Counted from the stretch's first letter, positions 51,843-61,662 are shown. The stretch is DNA of 64,000 bases from an uncultured Gemmatimonadaceae bacterium (GCA_963817955.1 CAWFQK010000005.1:96001-160000), one strand, 5' to 3'. Numbers and translations are program-made. The notes: generated from the letters alone by a model not told the origin.

Positions 51843-53101
51843 GGAGTTCCCCAGCGGATGAACCGCGCTTCGGCTTGCTCGTAGTCGCGCGTGGCATCTG
51901 CTTCGGCGATTTGCGCCTCGACCCATGCGGTGTACGCGTCGAGCACATCGAGCGCGGTGCCGACGCCGCCCCGATACATGCTCTCGGCCTGCAGATAGGA
52001 GTCCCGCGCGATCGGGACTGTTCGCGTGCGAAGCTGAACGATTCGATACAAGTCATCGAGTTGCTCGACCGCGCGCGACCATTCCAGCTGTGCCTGGCGG
52101 CGGACCACGACGGCTGAATCCGCCGCTTGCCGCACGGCGAGTTGCGCTTGTGCCAGTCGCGCCTTGAAGACACCGGCGTCCCAGAGCGGCCACGTGAACC
52201 ACAACGTCAGCTCCGCGCCGCCGCCGCTTCCGGAGTTGAGCCCGGTGCCGGCGCTCGAGTTGCCCAAGGTCGGCAGCCATCCGATGTCGCCGGTGACCGA
52301 CAGCTGCGGGAGGCGATCCGCGCGCGCGATCGCCACACTGGCACGCGCCGCCGCGGCCAACGCGTCGGCTTGCGCGACATCGGGAACGGTGAGCCATGGC
52401 GCGCCCATGCTCACGCGGATCGGCGTCGGCGCAGGCAATGGCTCGAGGGCCAGGGGTTCGCGCGGTGGCCGCCCCATCAAGTCGTTCAGGTCGACCTGCG
52501 CTTCATCGAACGCGCGCTCCGCATCAGCGATGTCGGCCTCCTGGGACGCGACACGTGCCCGTGTGCGCAAGACGTCGCTCGTGACGCCTTGCCCGGCCGC
52601 CTGCCGTGCTTCGATCAGCAACAGGTAGGCGCGGAGCCGATCGAGACTCGAGCGCCTGATCTCGATCGTGCGTTGTGCGTCGAGCCCATCGGCAAACCGG
52701 AGTCGCACGCCCAGGTCGACGTCCTTCTGCGTGACGCGATACCCCGCCGCCGCGGCTCGCGCGATGTGCTCGGCGTTCGTCTGGTTGGCGCGCATCCGGC
52801 CTCCGTCAAAAAGCGTATCTGCGCCGATCGCCTGGAGCCGTGCGTCGCCCGACGTATATGCCCGCGGGGCGCCATCGTGCGCGTCGCCATCGAGGATCAA
52901 ACGCGGTTTGCGTCGCGCCTGCGCCTCGCGAAGCTGTTGAAGCGCGATCGACACATTCAGCGCCGCGATGGGCAGGTGGGCGTTCGCCGCCCGTGCCGCG
53001 CGCAAGGCGTCGTCCAGCGTCAGCGTCGTCTGCTGCGCTGCTGCATGGCGCGACGCGAGCGACGCTGCCACTAGCACGATCACCGCCGTTCGTCGTATCA
53101 T
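51839..53101 (-). CDS. TolC-family outer-membrane efflux protein
   Basis: LTLDDAL, two OEP repeats, YRGGVGTALDVLDA. Confidence 0.9.
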   Translation of the reverse strand: MIRRTAVIVLVAASLASRHAAAQQTTLTLDDALRAARAANAHLPIAALNVSIALQQLREAQARRKPRLILDGDAHDGAPRAYTSGDARLQAIGADTLFDGGRMRANQTNAEHIARAAAAGYRVTQKDVDLGVRLRFADGLDAQRTIEIRRSSLDRLRAYLLLIEARQAAGQGVTSDVLRTRARVASQEADIADAERAFDEAQVDLNDLMGRPPREPLALEPLPAPTPIRVSMGAPWLTVPDVAQADALAAAARASVAIARADRLPQLSVTGDIGWLPTLGNSSAGTGLNSGSGGGAELTLWFTWPLWDAGVFKARLAQAQLAVRQAADSAVVVRRQAQLEWSRAVEQLDDLYRIVQLRTRTVPIARDSYLQAESMYRGGVGTALDVLDAYTAWVEAQIAEADATRDYEQAEARFIRWGTP

Positions 53102-53272
53102 CGAGGCCGGTTCGGGTCGACAGATTCTCTTTCGAATCCCAAGCTCGATGCAGACACCGCGCCGACGAGCAGAATGTCATGTGCGCGACAGGTAGCACTG
53201 CTCGACCGCGGTGGGGCGCGCACGCAAACGCCCCGCACCACCGAAGTGATGCAGGGCGTTGATCTTACGCAG

Positions 53273-53345
53273 TTGCCCCTCCTAGGCTCGAACTAGGACT
53301 CTCCTGATCCAGAGTCAGGCGTGTTGCCAGTTACACCAAGGGGCA
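53273..53345 (-). tRNA. tRNA-Gln (CTG), CCA not encoded
   Basis: Acceptor tgcccct/aggggca, anticodon arm cctga-ctCTGga-tcagg, T-loop gttcgagc. Confidence 0.97.
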
Positions 53346-53383
53346 GTTTTCCCAGATTTGTGCCGGTTCTCCCGAACCCCTTG

Positions 53384-53412
53384 ATTATAGTTTGAGGGGG
53401 ACGGGCGATCAA
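53384..53412 (-). promoter_or_regulatory. sigma70 promoter of tRNA-Gln
   Basis: TTGATC-17 nt-TATAAT on the minus strand. Confidence 0.75.
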
Positions 53413-53483
53413 CCCCGACTCACCGCTCCACATGGGCCGCCCAGCCGTCGAACGCACGCCGTAACCCCAGCAGCGACTTTCAT

Positions 53484-54812
53484 TTGCAGATATCGCGCTC
53501 GACCGCTCCCGCGCGGATCCTCCGTGCGACTGTCGCCGCCTTCCTCCTCACAGGGATCGGCGCCTGCGCCGACTCCCTGCGCGGCGTTGGCGGCAGCCCC
53601 GCGGCCGCGGCCGACCATGCCGATCAACTGTTCGACGCCTTCGCCACGCGGTTCAACGCGGTCGAGATCGGACCACACTACAATATCGCTCGGGTCCGGC
53701 TGGCAGAGTCGGCCCTCGTGCCATCGCGCATCTTCAACGATACGGCGATCTGGGTTTCCCGTCCGTCGGCCGGCATCCGACTGCTCTATGTGAGCGGAAC
53801 CCTCGTGGACGGTCACTACCACTTGGACTCCCGCCCGCTGCTGAACTCGCCGGCCCGACCGGGCGACACTCGCCATACCATCGCGCTCGAGCAGCTCGCC
53901 TCGTCAGGCTACCGCTGGGACACCAGGGTGGACTTCGCCCTCGGCGCGGCGAGCGCCGACGGTATTGGCAATCTGATATTAGACCTGTTGAAAGCACCGG
54001 AGGGCCGCAGCGAGCGCGAGCTGCGCGAGGACTACCGGTCCACCGTGCCGCGCGCCGCCGCGGCGTTCGGCCGGGGCTTCTCCGTCGATTCGCTGCGCGT
54101 CACGCCAGGCGGCGCCGGAACGACCACGGTCGCCGTGACGCTCGGCTACCATCCCGAGCTCATGCGCGCCACCTACCCGTTGCTGGCGCAATACCTGGAC
54201 AAGTATCTCGGACCGGCACGGTATCGCTTCACGCTGTCCGACCCGGCCGGCGCCGTGCTCTTCGACATCGTGGGACGTGATCGCCAATTCACGGCGCGTT
54301 ACCGCCTGCAGCAGGGGAAGCTGACGTCGCTCTACGGTCTGCCGCACCCGTGGCCCGATAGCCTCGTCCTGACGTCCGACCTGTCGCTCAAGGTGAAGAT
54401 GTTCACGGTTGGCTACCATGGCCTCGTGACTGACTTCGTGGTCTCCAACACGGGACACGAGCGCGCCTGGACGATCAACGCGCGCCAGGAACCGAAGTGG
54501 GACCTCCCGCTCATCACCGAACGGCTCATTCGATCCCCGCTCCACCGGCCCTTCGACGGCGCAGGCTCCATCTTGCGGCTCGCGGTGCGGGATAGCGCCG
54601 GGCAGCAGACGGTGTTCTCGCGGCGCACGCGCTTCGACGTCCAGGAAAGCCCCATCGTGCGCTTCCTCGGGTCGCTCGCGTCGCACGCGATCGGCGATCT
54701 CGACACTCGCGTCGAAGTCGAGGAGGACCGTTTCATTCGCGAGGGCTTCTCGGCGCTCCAGGCGGATGTGCGCGCCCTGGGCATCCACTGGCGGGCCGCC
54801 GACCAGAAATAG
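53484..54812 (+). CDS. Hypothetical lipoprotein
   Basis: 442-aa ORF with genome-typical codons and lipobox IGAC. Confidence 0.75.
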   Translation: MQISRSTAPARILRATVAAFLLTGIGACADSLRGVGGSPAAAADHADQLFDAFATRFNAVEIGPHYNIARVRLAESALVPSRIFNDTAIWVSRPSAGIRLLYVSGTLVDGHYHLDSRPLLNSPARPGDTRHTIALEQLASSGYRWDTRVDFALGAASADGIGNLILDLLKAPEGRSERELREDYRSTVPRAAAAFGRGFSVDSLRVTPGGAGTTTVAVTLGYHPELMRATYPLLAQYLDKYLGPARYRFTLSDPAGAVLFDIVGRDRQFTARYRLQQGKLTSLYGLPHPWPDSLVLTSDLSLKVKMFTVGYHGLVTDFVVSNTGHERAWTINARQEPKWDLPLITERLIRSPLHRPFDGAGSILRLAVRDSAGQQTVFSRRTRFDVQESPIVRFLGSLASHAIGDLDTRVEVEEDRFIREGFSALQADVRALGIHWRAADQK

Positions 54813-54981
54813 AGAACGCCACGAAGCGTTAGCTCGTGGCGTTCTTTGAACCGGGAGGCATCTCGCCGGATCTGCTCGCGCACCGTCATTGGAACTCTGC
54901 GTCCTACCGAACGGCGGCGGGCACATCCCATTTGGCGAGAAGTGTGCCGAACCGATGAATCTTCGCAGCGTGACGCTGCCA

Positions 54982-55054
54982 TGGAGCTGACCGGGATCGA
55001 ACCGGTGACCTCTGCAGTGCGATTGCAGCGCTCTCCCAGCTGAGCTACAGCCCC
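54982..55054 (-). tRNA. tRNA-Ala (CGC), CCA not encoded
   Basis: Acceptor ggggctg/cagctcc with G3-U70; anticodon arm ctgca-atCGCac-tgcag. Confidence 0.96.
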
Positions 55055-55114
55055 TCGACCAATCGTCGTACAAGGAAAAAGCCCCGCCAAGGCGGGGCCA
55101 CTCCCGACTCCACA

Positions 55115-55143
55115 AGATTAAGGGACGCAGGAAGGAGAAGCAA
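55115..55143 (-). promoter_or_regulatory. sigma70 promoter of tRNA-Ala
   Basis: TTGCTT-17 nt-TAATCT. Confidence 0.6.
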
Positions 55144-55254
55144 GATCTACACGGGCGCGCAACTGCTGGGATCGCACAACAGCTTGTTTACATCACGCAC
55201 CATCGCGACCTTGATCCCGCACGCTCCACAGCCTCAAGCCCGCCTCGCATAATC

Positions 55255-56211
55255 ATGTTCTCCGACCTCCGCGCCACCGATGTTCTCGCCGCCGCCCATC
55301 GGATCAGGCCGCTCATCAAACACACACCATTGCTGCGCAGCGACGCGCTGAGCACCATTTGCAAGGGCGACGTCTACCTCAAGCTCGAGAATCAGCAAAC
55401 GACGGGGTCGTTCAAGTTGCGTGGCGCACTGAACGTTCTGTCCACGCTCCCCGCCGCGGTGCGCTCACGCGGGGTGGTCGCGTCATCGGCCGGAAATCAC
55501 GGGCTGGGCGTGGCGTACGCCGCCAAGCATTTCGGCGTCGCCGCCACGATCTTCGTACCAAGCACAGCCCCTGCGGTAAAGCGCGACGGCATTCGCGCCC
55601 TCGGGGCGACGATCGACACGACGCAGCCGGACTACGACGCCGCGATGGTCGCGGCCAAGACGTTCGCCGTCGACCATGGGTCCACGTTCATCAACCCTTG
55701 CCTGGGCGACATGCTGCTCGCCGGCCAGGGAACGGTGGCTCTCGAGATCTTCGAGGAGTTGCCCGACCTCGCCACGCTGGTGCTCAACGTGGGCGGTGGA
55801 GGACTACTCGGCGGATGCGGCACGCTCGCTCGCGCCGTCGCACCCGCGGTGCAGATCATTGGCGCACAGAGCGAGTACACCAACGCCATGACCGTGTCGC
55901 TCGCCGAGGGACGCGTGGTGGACATCGACAACCGGCCAACGCTCGCCGACGGACTCGCCGGCCAGATCGATGACGAAGCGCTCGACATCGGCCAGCACAC
56001 GCTCGACGAGATCATCACGCTGAGTGAAGAGGAGATCGCGTCGACGATTGCCTGGATCTGGACGGAGCATCACCAGCGCGTCGAGGGCGCGGGCGCCTGT
56101 GCCGTGGGCGCGGTGCGGAACCGGAAAGTCACGATCCGCACGCCGGCAGCGATAGTCGTCAGCGGCGGCAATATCGATGCGGCGAAGTTCGAGAAGATCG
56201 TGAACCGCTGA
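55255..56211 (+). CDS. Threonine/serine dehydratase family PLP enzyme
   Basis: KLENQQTTGSFKLRGA, SAGNHG, VGGGGL, SGGN. Confidence 0.93.
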   Translation: MFSDLRATDVLAAAHRIRPLIKHTPLLRSDALSTICKGDVYLKLENQQTTGSFKLRGALNVLSTLPAAVRSRGVVASSAGNHGLGVAYAAKHFGVAATIFVPSTAPAVKRDGIRALGATIDTTQPDYDAAMVAAKTFAVDHGSTFINPCLGDMLLAGQGTVALEIFEELPDLATLVLNVGGGGLLGGCGTLARAVAPAVQIIGAQSEYTNAMTVSLAEGRVVDIDNRPTLADGLAGQIDDEALDIGQHTLDEIITLSEEEIASTIAWIWTEHHQRVEGAGACAVGAVRNRKVTIRTPAAIVVSGGNIDAAKFEKIVNR

Positions 56212-56233
56212 TCGTCAGATCAGAGCACGCCAG

Positions 56234-56266
56234 GAGCCTCGGGACACGTCAGGTGTCCCGAGGCTC
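56234..56266. terminator. Hairpin between convergent genes
   Basis: gagcctcgggacac-gtcag-gtgtcccgaggctc. Confidence 0.7.
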
Positions 56267-56287
56267 TCTATCGTACGGCCCTCGATC

Positions 56288-56842
56288 TCAACGGCCGAAC
56301 GAACGATCGCGGTCCGGTCGGTTCTCAGCGCCGAGCGGCGCGTTGCTGCCGCCTAACGGATGCGGATGGCGCGCGCCCTCGCTCTGATTGTCGATCGCCA
56401 CCTGCCGTTCCTGCGCGGTTGAGCGGGTGTTCTGGAAGGTTCCTTCCAGTTCGCTGCCCGAGCCACCGGTGTTCACCGGCGATGCACTGCGGCCGCGCGA
56501 CTGTCCGCGCGCCTCGCCACCGCGACGGCCTATGGCGGCCATGTGCTCGCGATTGCGACTCACCGCCATACCACCTTTGCGGCCAGCTTCGCGCGCCTCG
56601 CCCGAATCGAATTCGTGCGCGGTGCCTTTGGCATGCGCCGCTCTTCCACCCTTGCTGGCAATTTCCTTCTGCTTCCCACGATCCATCGACGCGAACCCGC
56701 GGTTGCTCCGGGAGCGCGCCTGAGCGCCACCCTGCGAGCCACTCTGCCGCGCGGTATCGTTCGACGTGTCACGATGTCCGGCGCGATCGCTGTGTACACC
56801 AGACGTCGTGATCCGATCGTCGCTACCCGGTCTGTTCGGCAT
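56288..56842 (-). CDS. KGG-repeat stress-induced protein (YciG/GsiB-like)
   Basis: RGFASMD..KQKEIASKGG, EAREAGRKGG; AGGAGG before ATG 56842. Confidence 0.88.
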   Translation of the reverse strand: MPNRPGSDDRITTSGVHSDRAGHRDTSNDTARQSGSQGGAQARSRSNRGFASMDRGKQKEIASKGGRAAHAKGTAHEFDSGEAREAGRKGGMAVSRNREHMAAIGRRGGEARGQSRGRSASPVNTGGSGSELEGTFQNTRSTAQERQVAIDNQSEGARHPHPLGGSNAPLGAENRPDRDRSFGR

Positions 56843-56957
56843 CCTGCTCCTCCTAGAGATTTGGCGCGTTCCGCGGTGGACGTGCAGTCCCGCACCTGCG
56901 TTCGGGTTCGACGCCATGTGCCCCAAGGCCCCCCCGGGCCATTGCGACCTGATGGTG

Positions 56958-56973
56958 TGCAAACTGCTTGCCG
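56958..56973 (-). promoter_or_regulatory. sigma54 -24/-12-like site for the KGG gene
   Basis: cGGcaagcagtttGCa. Confidence 0.55.
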
Positions 56974-57278
56974 TGCCGTGGCCGGTTGCACGAACAACCG
57001 CGCATCGGCCTGTCGTCAGCCCGCTACTGCTCCTTCTCCTAGCAAACTCAGTACCTCGACGGGAGAACTCACTTCGAGATCGTGTCGACAATGCCTCGAC
57101 AGATTCCCGTATGTGTTGCTTGCATGCAGCAGAGCTCACCCGAATGTTGATCGACGCGAACAACTCCACCGTGGCCTACGTCACCGATGGGACATTGTCC
57201 GTCACTGCATGGTGAACCGCTCCAGCGCCAACCCAGGATGGGCAAAAACGGTTCCAGGTGACCGCTATATTCCCCGCC

Positions 57279-58211
57279 ATGTCGCTGAGCATTCGCCTCC
57301 TCGGAACATCCGCCTCCAGGCCGACAGTCGAGCGCAACGTCTCCTCCCTCGCCATCCACCGCGCGGGTGAGACGCTGATGTTCGATTGCGGCGAGGGCAC
57401 CCAGCGCCAAATGATGCGCTACGGGATTTCCTTCGCGCTCGAGGACATCTTCTTCACGCACATGCACGCCGACCATCTGCTCGGCGTGATTGGTCTGATC
57501 CGTACGATGGCGCTGCAAGGCCGCACGGAGCGGCTCCGCCTGTGGGGACCGCGCGGATCGATCCGCGTGTTGAAGCGGGCGGAGAGTTTCGGCTTCGAGC
57601 GACCCACGTTTCCCGTCGAGATCCTCGAGGTGGAAGCGGAGCAGCGCATCGAGCGTGGCGGATACGCAATCGCGGCGTTCCCCGTGGAGCACCGCGGCTC
57701 CGCGTCGCTCGGCTACGCGCTCGTGGAGGAAGATCGCAAGGGCCGCTTCAATCCCGATGTGGCGCGTGAGCTAGGAATTCCCGAGGGGCCGCTGTGGGGC
57801 AAGATCCATCGCGGCGAAGCAATCACGCTGGATGACGGTCGCGTGATCGAGTCATCGGTGCTCGTCGGGCCGGCACGCCCCGGACGCACGGTGGTGATCA
57901 CCGGCGACACGCGTCCCTGCGCGGCAACGATCGAGGCGGCACGCGACGCCGATCTCCTGGTGCACGAAGCGACGTTCGGCGACGAGGAAGCAGAACGCGC
58001 CATCGAGACAGGACACTCCACGGCGCGCGAGGCGGCGCAGGTCGCACGCGAGGCCGGCGTCCTCCGGCTCATCCTCACCCATTTCTCGGCGCGGTATTCG
58101 CGCGATTCCTTGGTGCTGGACCGCGAGGCACGTCAAGTGTTTTCGGAACTGGTCATCGGGAAAGACGGCATGGAGATCGACGTGCCGTTTCGCGATGCGG
58201 ACAGCGAGTGA
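57279..58211 (+). CDS. rnz: Ribonuclease Z
   Basis: LGTSASRPT, DCGEGTQ, THMHADH, exosite GIPEGP, GDTRP, HEATF, GHST, THFSARY. Confidence 0.96.
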   Translation: MSLSIRLLGTSASRPTVERNVSSLAIHRAGETLMFDCGEGTQRQMMRYGISFALEDIFFTHMHADHLLGVIGLIRTMALQGRTERLRLWGPRGSIRVLKRAESFGFERPTFPVEILEVEAEQRIERGGYAIAAFPVEHRGSASLGYALVEEDRKGRFNPDVARELGIPEGPLWGKIHRGEAITLDDGRVIESSVLVGPARPGRTVVITGDTRPCAATIEAARDADLLVHEATFGDEEAERAIETGHSTAREAAQVAREAGVLRLILTHFSARYSRDSLVLDREARQVFSELVIGKDGMEIDVPFRDADSE

Positions 58212-58238
58212 GGCGGCCGTACCACACGCCTCCCTGCT

Positions 58239-58529
58239 CTACCCGTTCGACGCCACCGCCGGCAGAAACGGATCCGGCCGCGAAATCCGCATCGAGCGGC
58301 GGTACAGCTTCGCCAGATCGTCCGGGGTCAATCCGTCGAGAACCTTCTTTTTCGACAGATGCGACGTGACGCTGCGGGCTTCGGGGCCCGTGCTGATGAA
58401 CCAGTTGTAGCGATCGAGCCGCGAGCTTCCGGTTTGCCGATTGCGGAAGATCACCATCGCGTTGCTCGAGCCGGCAAGATCGACGTCGACGGACCAGGTG
58501 ATGCCGTCGGGAGAGCGCCAGGTTTTCAT
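58239..58529 (-). CDS. Small hypothetical protein
   Basis: MKTWRSPDGITWSV...; fills the intergenic gap with genome-typical codons. Confidence 0.7.
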   Translation of the reverse strand: MKTWRSPDGITWSVDVDLAGSSNAMVIFRNRQTGSSRLDRYNWFISTGPEARSVTSHLSKKKVLDGLTPDDLAKLYRRSMRISRPDPFLPAVASNG

Positions 58530-58652
58530 TGCGTGAGCAGTAGGTTCGTGAACATGCGTGGTGGATTGCCAGACAACAATCTCTGGATGCGGCTGCCCAG
58601 CAGCATAGCTCAAATTAACAGGGGCTGAGGTGCGCCAACTCACAACCATGTG

Positions 58653-59144
58653 CTATCCCTGCTTTCTGCTCTTCTCCGCCTCTCGCTCCCCCAACCGCAG
58701 GCGCCGGCGCTCCTGTGCCGCATGGAACCGGCGCAGCTCGTCCGGCGTTTCGGGCGTCAGGGGCGGCACTTCGATTGGCCGGCCGTTCCGGTCGACGGCA
58801 ACAAAGGTCAGATAGCACGAGTTGGTGTGCCGGCGGTTTCCCGTCATCAGCTCTTCCGCTTCGACGCGGATACCCACCTCCATGGACGTGCGTCCCGCAT
58901 AGTTCACGCTGGCCTTCATCAGGACCAGGTCACCCAGGTGAATGGGCTCGCGGAAATCCACGCGGTCGATCGACGCGGTGACCACGGCGGCGCGGCAGTG
59001 CCTGAACGCCGCGATCGCCGCGCATTTGTCCATCATGGAGAGCACCACTCCGCCAAACACATGGCCCAGGTTGTTGGCATGCTCGGGCATCATGAGTTCG
59101 GACGTCTCGTGCTGGCTTTCGCGTACGGTCTTGGGTGGGAGCAT
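58653..59144 (-). CDS. Acyl-CoA thioesterase (YciA-like hotdog fold)
   Basis: MPEHANNLGHVFGG, VTAS, GRTSMEV, YLTFVAVD. Confidence 0.93.
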   Translation of the reverse strand: MLPPKTVRESQHETSELMMPEHANNLGHVFGGVVLSMMDKCAAIAAFRHCRAAVVTASIDRVDFREPIHLGDLVLMKASVNYAGRTSMEVGIRVEAEELMTGNRRHTNSCYLTFVAVDRNGRPIEVPPLTPETPDELRRFHAAQERRRLRLGEREAEKSRKQG

Positions 59145-60318
59145 GACTGGTGAAGAAGAGAGGTGCCGTCGCCGAGCGGGCAGATGCCACTCGTGAGTTC
59201 TGATCGTACGTCGCTGCCTCATCGAAAGCGCGGGCGAGCGCGCGGCGTTCGGCGTCGCCCACCGGCGGCTGGTCGAGCCATTCAATGCGACGGAGCGGCG
59301 CCTGAACGGTGGCGATCGGCCACTCGTGTTTGGATGAATCGGAGATCGATACCCGTGCGTTCTCCTGCGCCGAATCATACCGCGCAATCACACGATATCG
59401 CCTGTGGTCCCAGACGTCGTTGCCGGCACTGTCGGCACGGGCAAGTCCGGGGCGTGACTCGCTCCACCACGGGACCGAGTCGCCACGCAGCGGCTCGAGC
59501 TCCAGCACGTTCCCCGCGGCACCCTCACCCTGGCCGGGAACGCCAAACATTATCGCGGGCCGATCGCCGTCCGCCGAGACCGTGAAGCTGCGCGGGTCGA
59601 ACCGTGCGCGCTCGACTGCGTCGGCTGCTCGGCGATCGTCTCCGACCAGCTCGGGTCGTTTTCGGGCGATGGAATCACGCTCCGATTCGAACGCGCCGCG
59701 TCCCGAGACAATGAGACGCTGGCCTGCGTCCATGCCGAACAGATCGGTGGCAAGACGGGCCTTGCCCGACCGCAGATCGACGACACCGCGGCGTGTCGAG
59801 TGCCAGGGACGGCGACCGGGAAGATCGACGTCTACATGGTATTCATACGAGACGTACGGACCGAACACTTCCAGAATCTCGACCTCAGCCGTTGCCGTCG
59901 TACTCGGGTTCGCTTGGCCTTCCTCGTCCGGCTCTAGCGGACGTTCATCGGGATGCGCCCGGGCATATGCGACGGCAATGCGCTGAACGGTGGTATCGGC
60001 AAAGATCAGGGTGCTGTCGCCAGTGAGCAGATCTCGGCGGTACAGACGTTCTCCCACGAGCTGGGCATCGTCGTACGACTGGTCGTCGTCGCTGGCGAAC
60101 AACTCGTAGAACCGGCCGTCGTAGCGCGCCAGCGTCAACGGCGCACCGCGCACGCGCATGTGTCCGGCGGTGGTCGTCACCCAGAAGGTGGAGTCCACGC
60201 TGCTGAGCAGGAACTCGGCGACAGGCGGTGGCGCGGAGGTCGTGGGACGCGTGCCGGAACATGCGGCGAGCACCATCGACGCGGCGCACGCGGCCCGGCG
60301 TACGCGGGAAGCTTGCAT
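58930..60318 (-). CDS. Hypothetical lipoprotein, 3' end overlaps the thioesterase gene
   Basis: Lipobox VLAAC; protein-like down to about 59150, then reads through the next gene in another frame. Confidence 0.7.
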   Translation of the reverse strand: MQASRVRRAACAASMVLAACSGTRPTTSAPPPVAEFLLSSVDSTFWVTTTAGHMRVRGAPLTLARYDGRFYELFASDDDQSYDDAQLVGERLYRRDLLTGDSTLIFADTTVQRIAVAYARAHPDERPLEPDEEGQANPSTTATAEVEILEVFGPYVSYEYHVDVDLPGRRPWHSTRRGVVDLRSGKARLATDLFGMDAGQRLIVSGRGAFESERDSIARKRPELVGDDRRAADAVERARFDPRSFTVSADGDRPAIMFGVPGQGEGAAGNVLELEPLRGDSVPWWSESRPGLARADSAGNDVWDHRRYRVIARYDSAQENARVSISDSSKHEWPIATVQAPLRRIEWLDQPPVGDAERRALARAFDEAATYDQNSRVASARSATAPLFFTSHAPTQDRTRKPARDVRTHDARACQQPGPCVWRSGALHDGQMRGDRGVQALPRRRGHRVDRPRGFPRAHSPG

Positions 60319-60395
60319 GCTGGCAAATATACTGCGTGGAGAGACGCCCGAGTGGTCATTACATTCCTCGCACTCCTCTCCCATACAGCCGATCC

Positions 60396-61559
60396 ATGCT
60401 CGCATTTCGTCGGTCGCTCTTCGCGCTCATTGCCGTTGCTGCCTGCACCGCCTCGGCTGAGCATGCTGCCCAACCCTTGGCCAGCTCCGCTGGTGGTACG
60501 CCGCCGGTGTCGGCACGAATCACCGCGACGAGCGCGGGCGAGGTCGCCCAAACGGCGCCGACGGTGGTGCGCGCGCTGTACCTGAACCGATGGGCATCGC
60601 AGAGCAAGCGGCGCATGGCCAAGGTGATCGCCACGGCCGACGAGACGGAGATCAACGCCTTCGTGATCGACATGAAGGACGAGTTCGGATTGAACTACAA
60701 CACGTCGAACCCGGACTTCGCCAAGAACGCAGGGGTGGCGAACAAGATCAGGAACGTCGCGGCGCTGCTCGATACGCTGAAGGCGCACAAGATCTTCGCT
60801 ATCGCGCGCATCGTCGTATTCAAGGATTCCGTCACCGCGCGCGTGCACCCCGAGTGGACCATCCGGCGCACCGACAACTCGGTGTGGCGGGACAAGAAAG
60901 GGCTCGCCTGGGTGAATCCATATCATCGCGAGCTCTGGGAATACAACATCGGAGTAGCCGAGGAGTTGGTGAAGCTCGGATTCGGCGAGATCCAGTTCGA
61001 CTACATTCGCTTTCCCGAGCCGTACGCGAGCTTACCAGCGCAGGTGTTTCCCGGTGCGAACGGCATGTCGAAGCCGGACGCATTGGCGGCGTACCTCAAG
61101 GAAGCCAAGACGCGGCTCAACAAGCTGAACGTACGCTCCACGGCCGATGTCTTCGGCCTGGTGACCACGGTGGGCGGTCCGCTCGAGGTGGGACAGTACT
61201 GGGAGAAGATCTCACCGGTGGTGGACGTCGTTCTGCCCATGGTGTACCCATCGCACTATCCGCATGGCGAGCTGGGTATCGCGAACCCGAACGCCGAGCC
61301 GTACAAGGTCATCTTCACGTCGATCTCGCGCGCGCGGGAGCGGGATAAGAAACTTGGCATCACGGAACCTGAGCACATTCGGCCGTGGCTGCAGGCGTTC
61401 ACGCTCGGCAAGCCGGAGTACGGCGCGGAGCAGCTCGAGGCGGAGAAGAAGGCGGTGTACGACGCGGGGTACGATGGGTGGGTGATGTGGAACCCGGGGT
61501 CGATTTACGACGTGTACATGCCGGCGTTGGAGAAGACGTTGGTGACGCGGAAGCGGTAA
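60396..61559 (+). CDS. Putative glycoside hydrolase lipoprotein (DUF4015-like)
   Basis: Lipobox VAAC; VIDMKD, ARIVVFKD, EIQFDYIRFP, MVYPSHY, RPWLQAF. Confidence 0.85.
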   Translation: MLAFRRSLFALIAVAACTASAEHAAQPLASSAGGTPPVSARITATSAGEVAQTAPTVVRALYLNRWASQSKRRMAKVIATADETEINAFVIDMKDEFGLNYNTSNPDFAKNAGVANKIRNVAALLDTLKAHKIFAIARIVVFKDSVTARVHPEWTIRRTDNSVWRDKKGLAWVNPYHRELWEYNIGVAEELVKLGFGEIQFDYIRFPEPYASLPAQVFPGANGMSKPDALAAYLKEAKTRLNKLNVRSTADVFGLVTTVGGPLEVGQYWEKISPVVDVVLPMVYPSHYPHGELGIANPNAEPYKVIFTSISRARERDKKLGITEPEHIRPWLQAFTLGKPEYGAEQLEAEKKAVYDAGYDGWVMWNPGSIYDVYMPALEKTLVTRKR

Positions 61560-61569
61560 GGGCGCACGT

Positions 61570-61616
61570 TGTCGCCTGAGCGGAGCGTTGTCATCCTGAG
61601 CGGAGCGAAGGATCTC
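61570..61616 (+). repeat. REP-like element (partial copy followed by full copy)
   Basis: tgtcgcctgagcggagcg, then tgtcatcctgagcggagcgaaggatctc (61589-61616). Confidence 0.8.
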
Positions 61617-61662
61617 CATAGGCTGCAGCAGCAACGCCCACCCACCCCCATCAGAGGCGCAC

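Larger units (their letters stand above)
44731..53314. mobile_element. Genomic island at tRNA-Gln(CTG), no integrase inside
   Basis: Flanked by the 45-bp direct repeat; cargo is PepSY, HK, RR, RND, MFP, TolC. Confidence 0.8.

Noticed and set aside
44731..53314. Prophage or conjugative element
   Set aside because: No integrase, phage structural, relaxase or T4SS genes.
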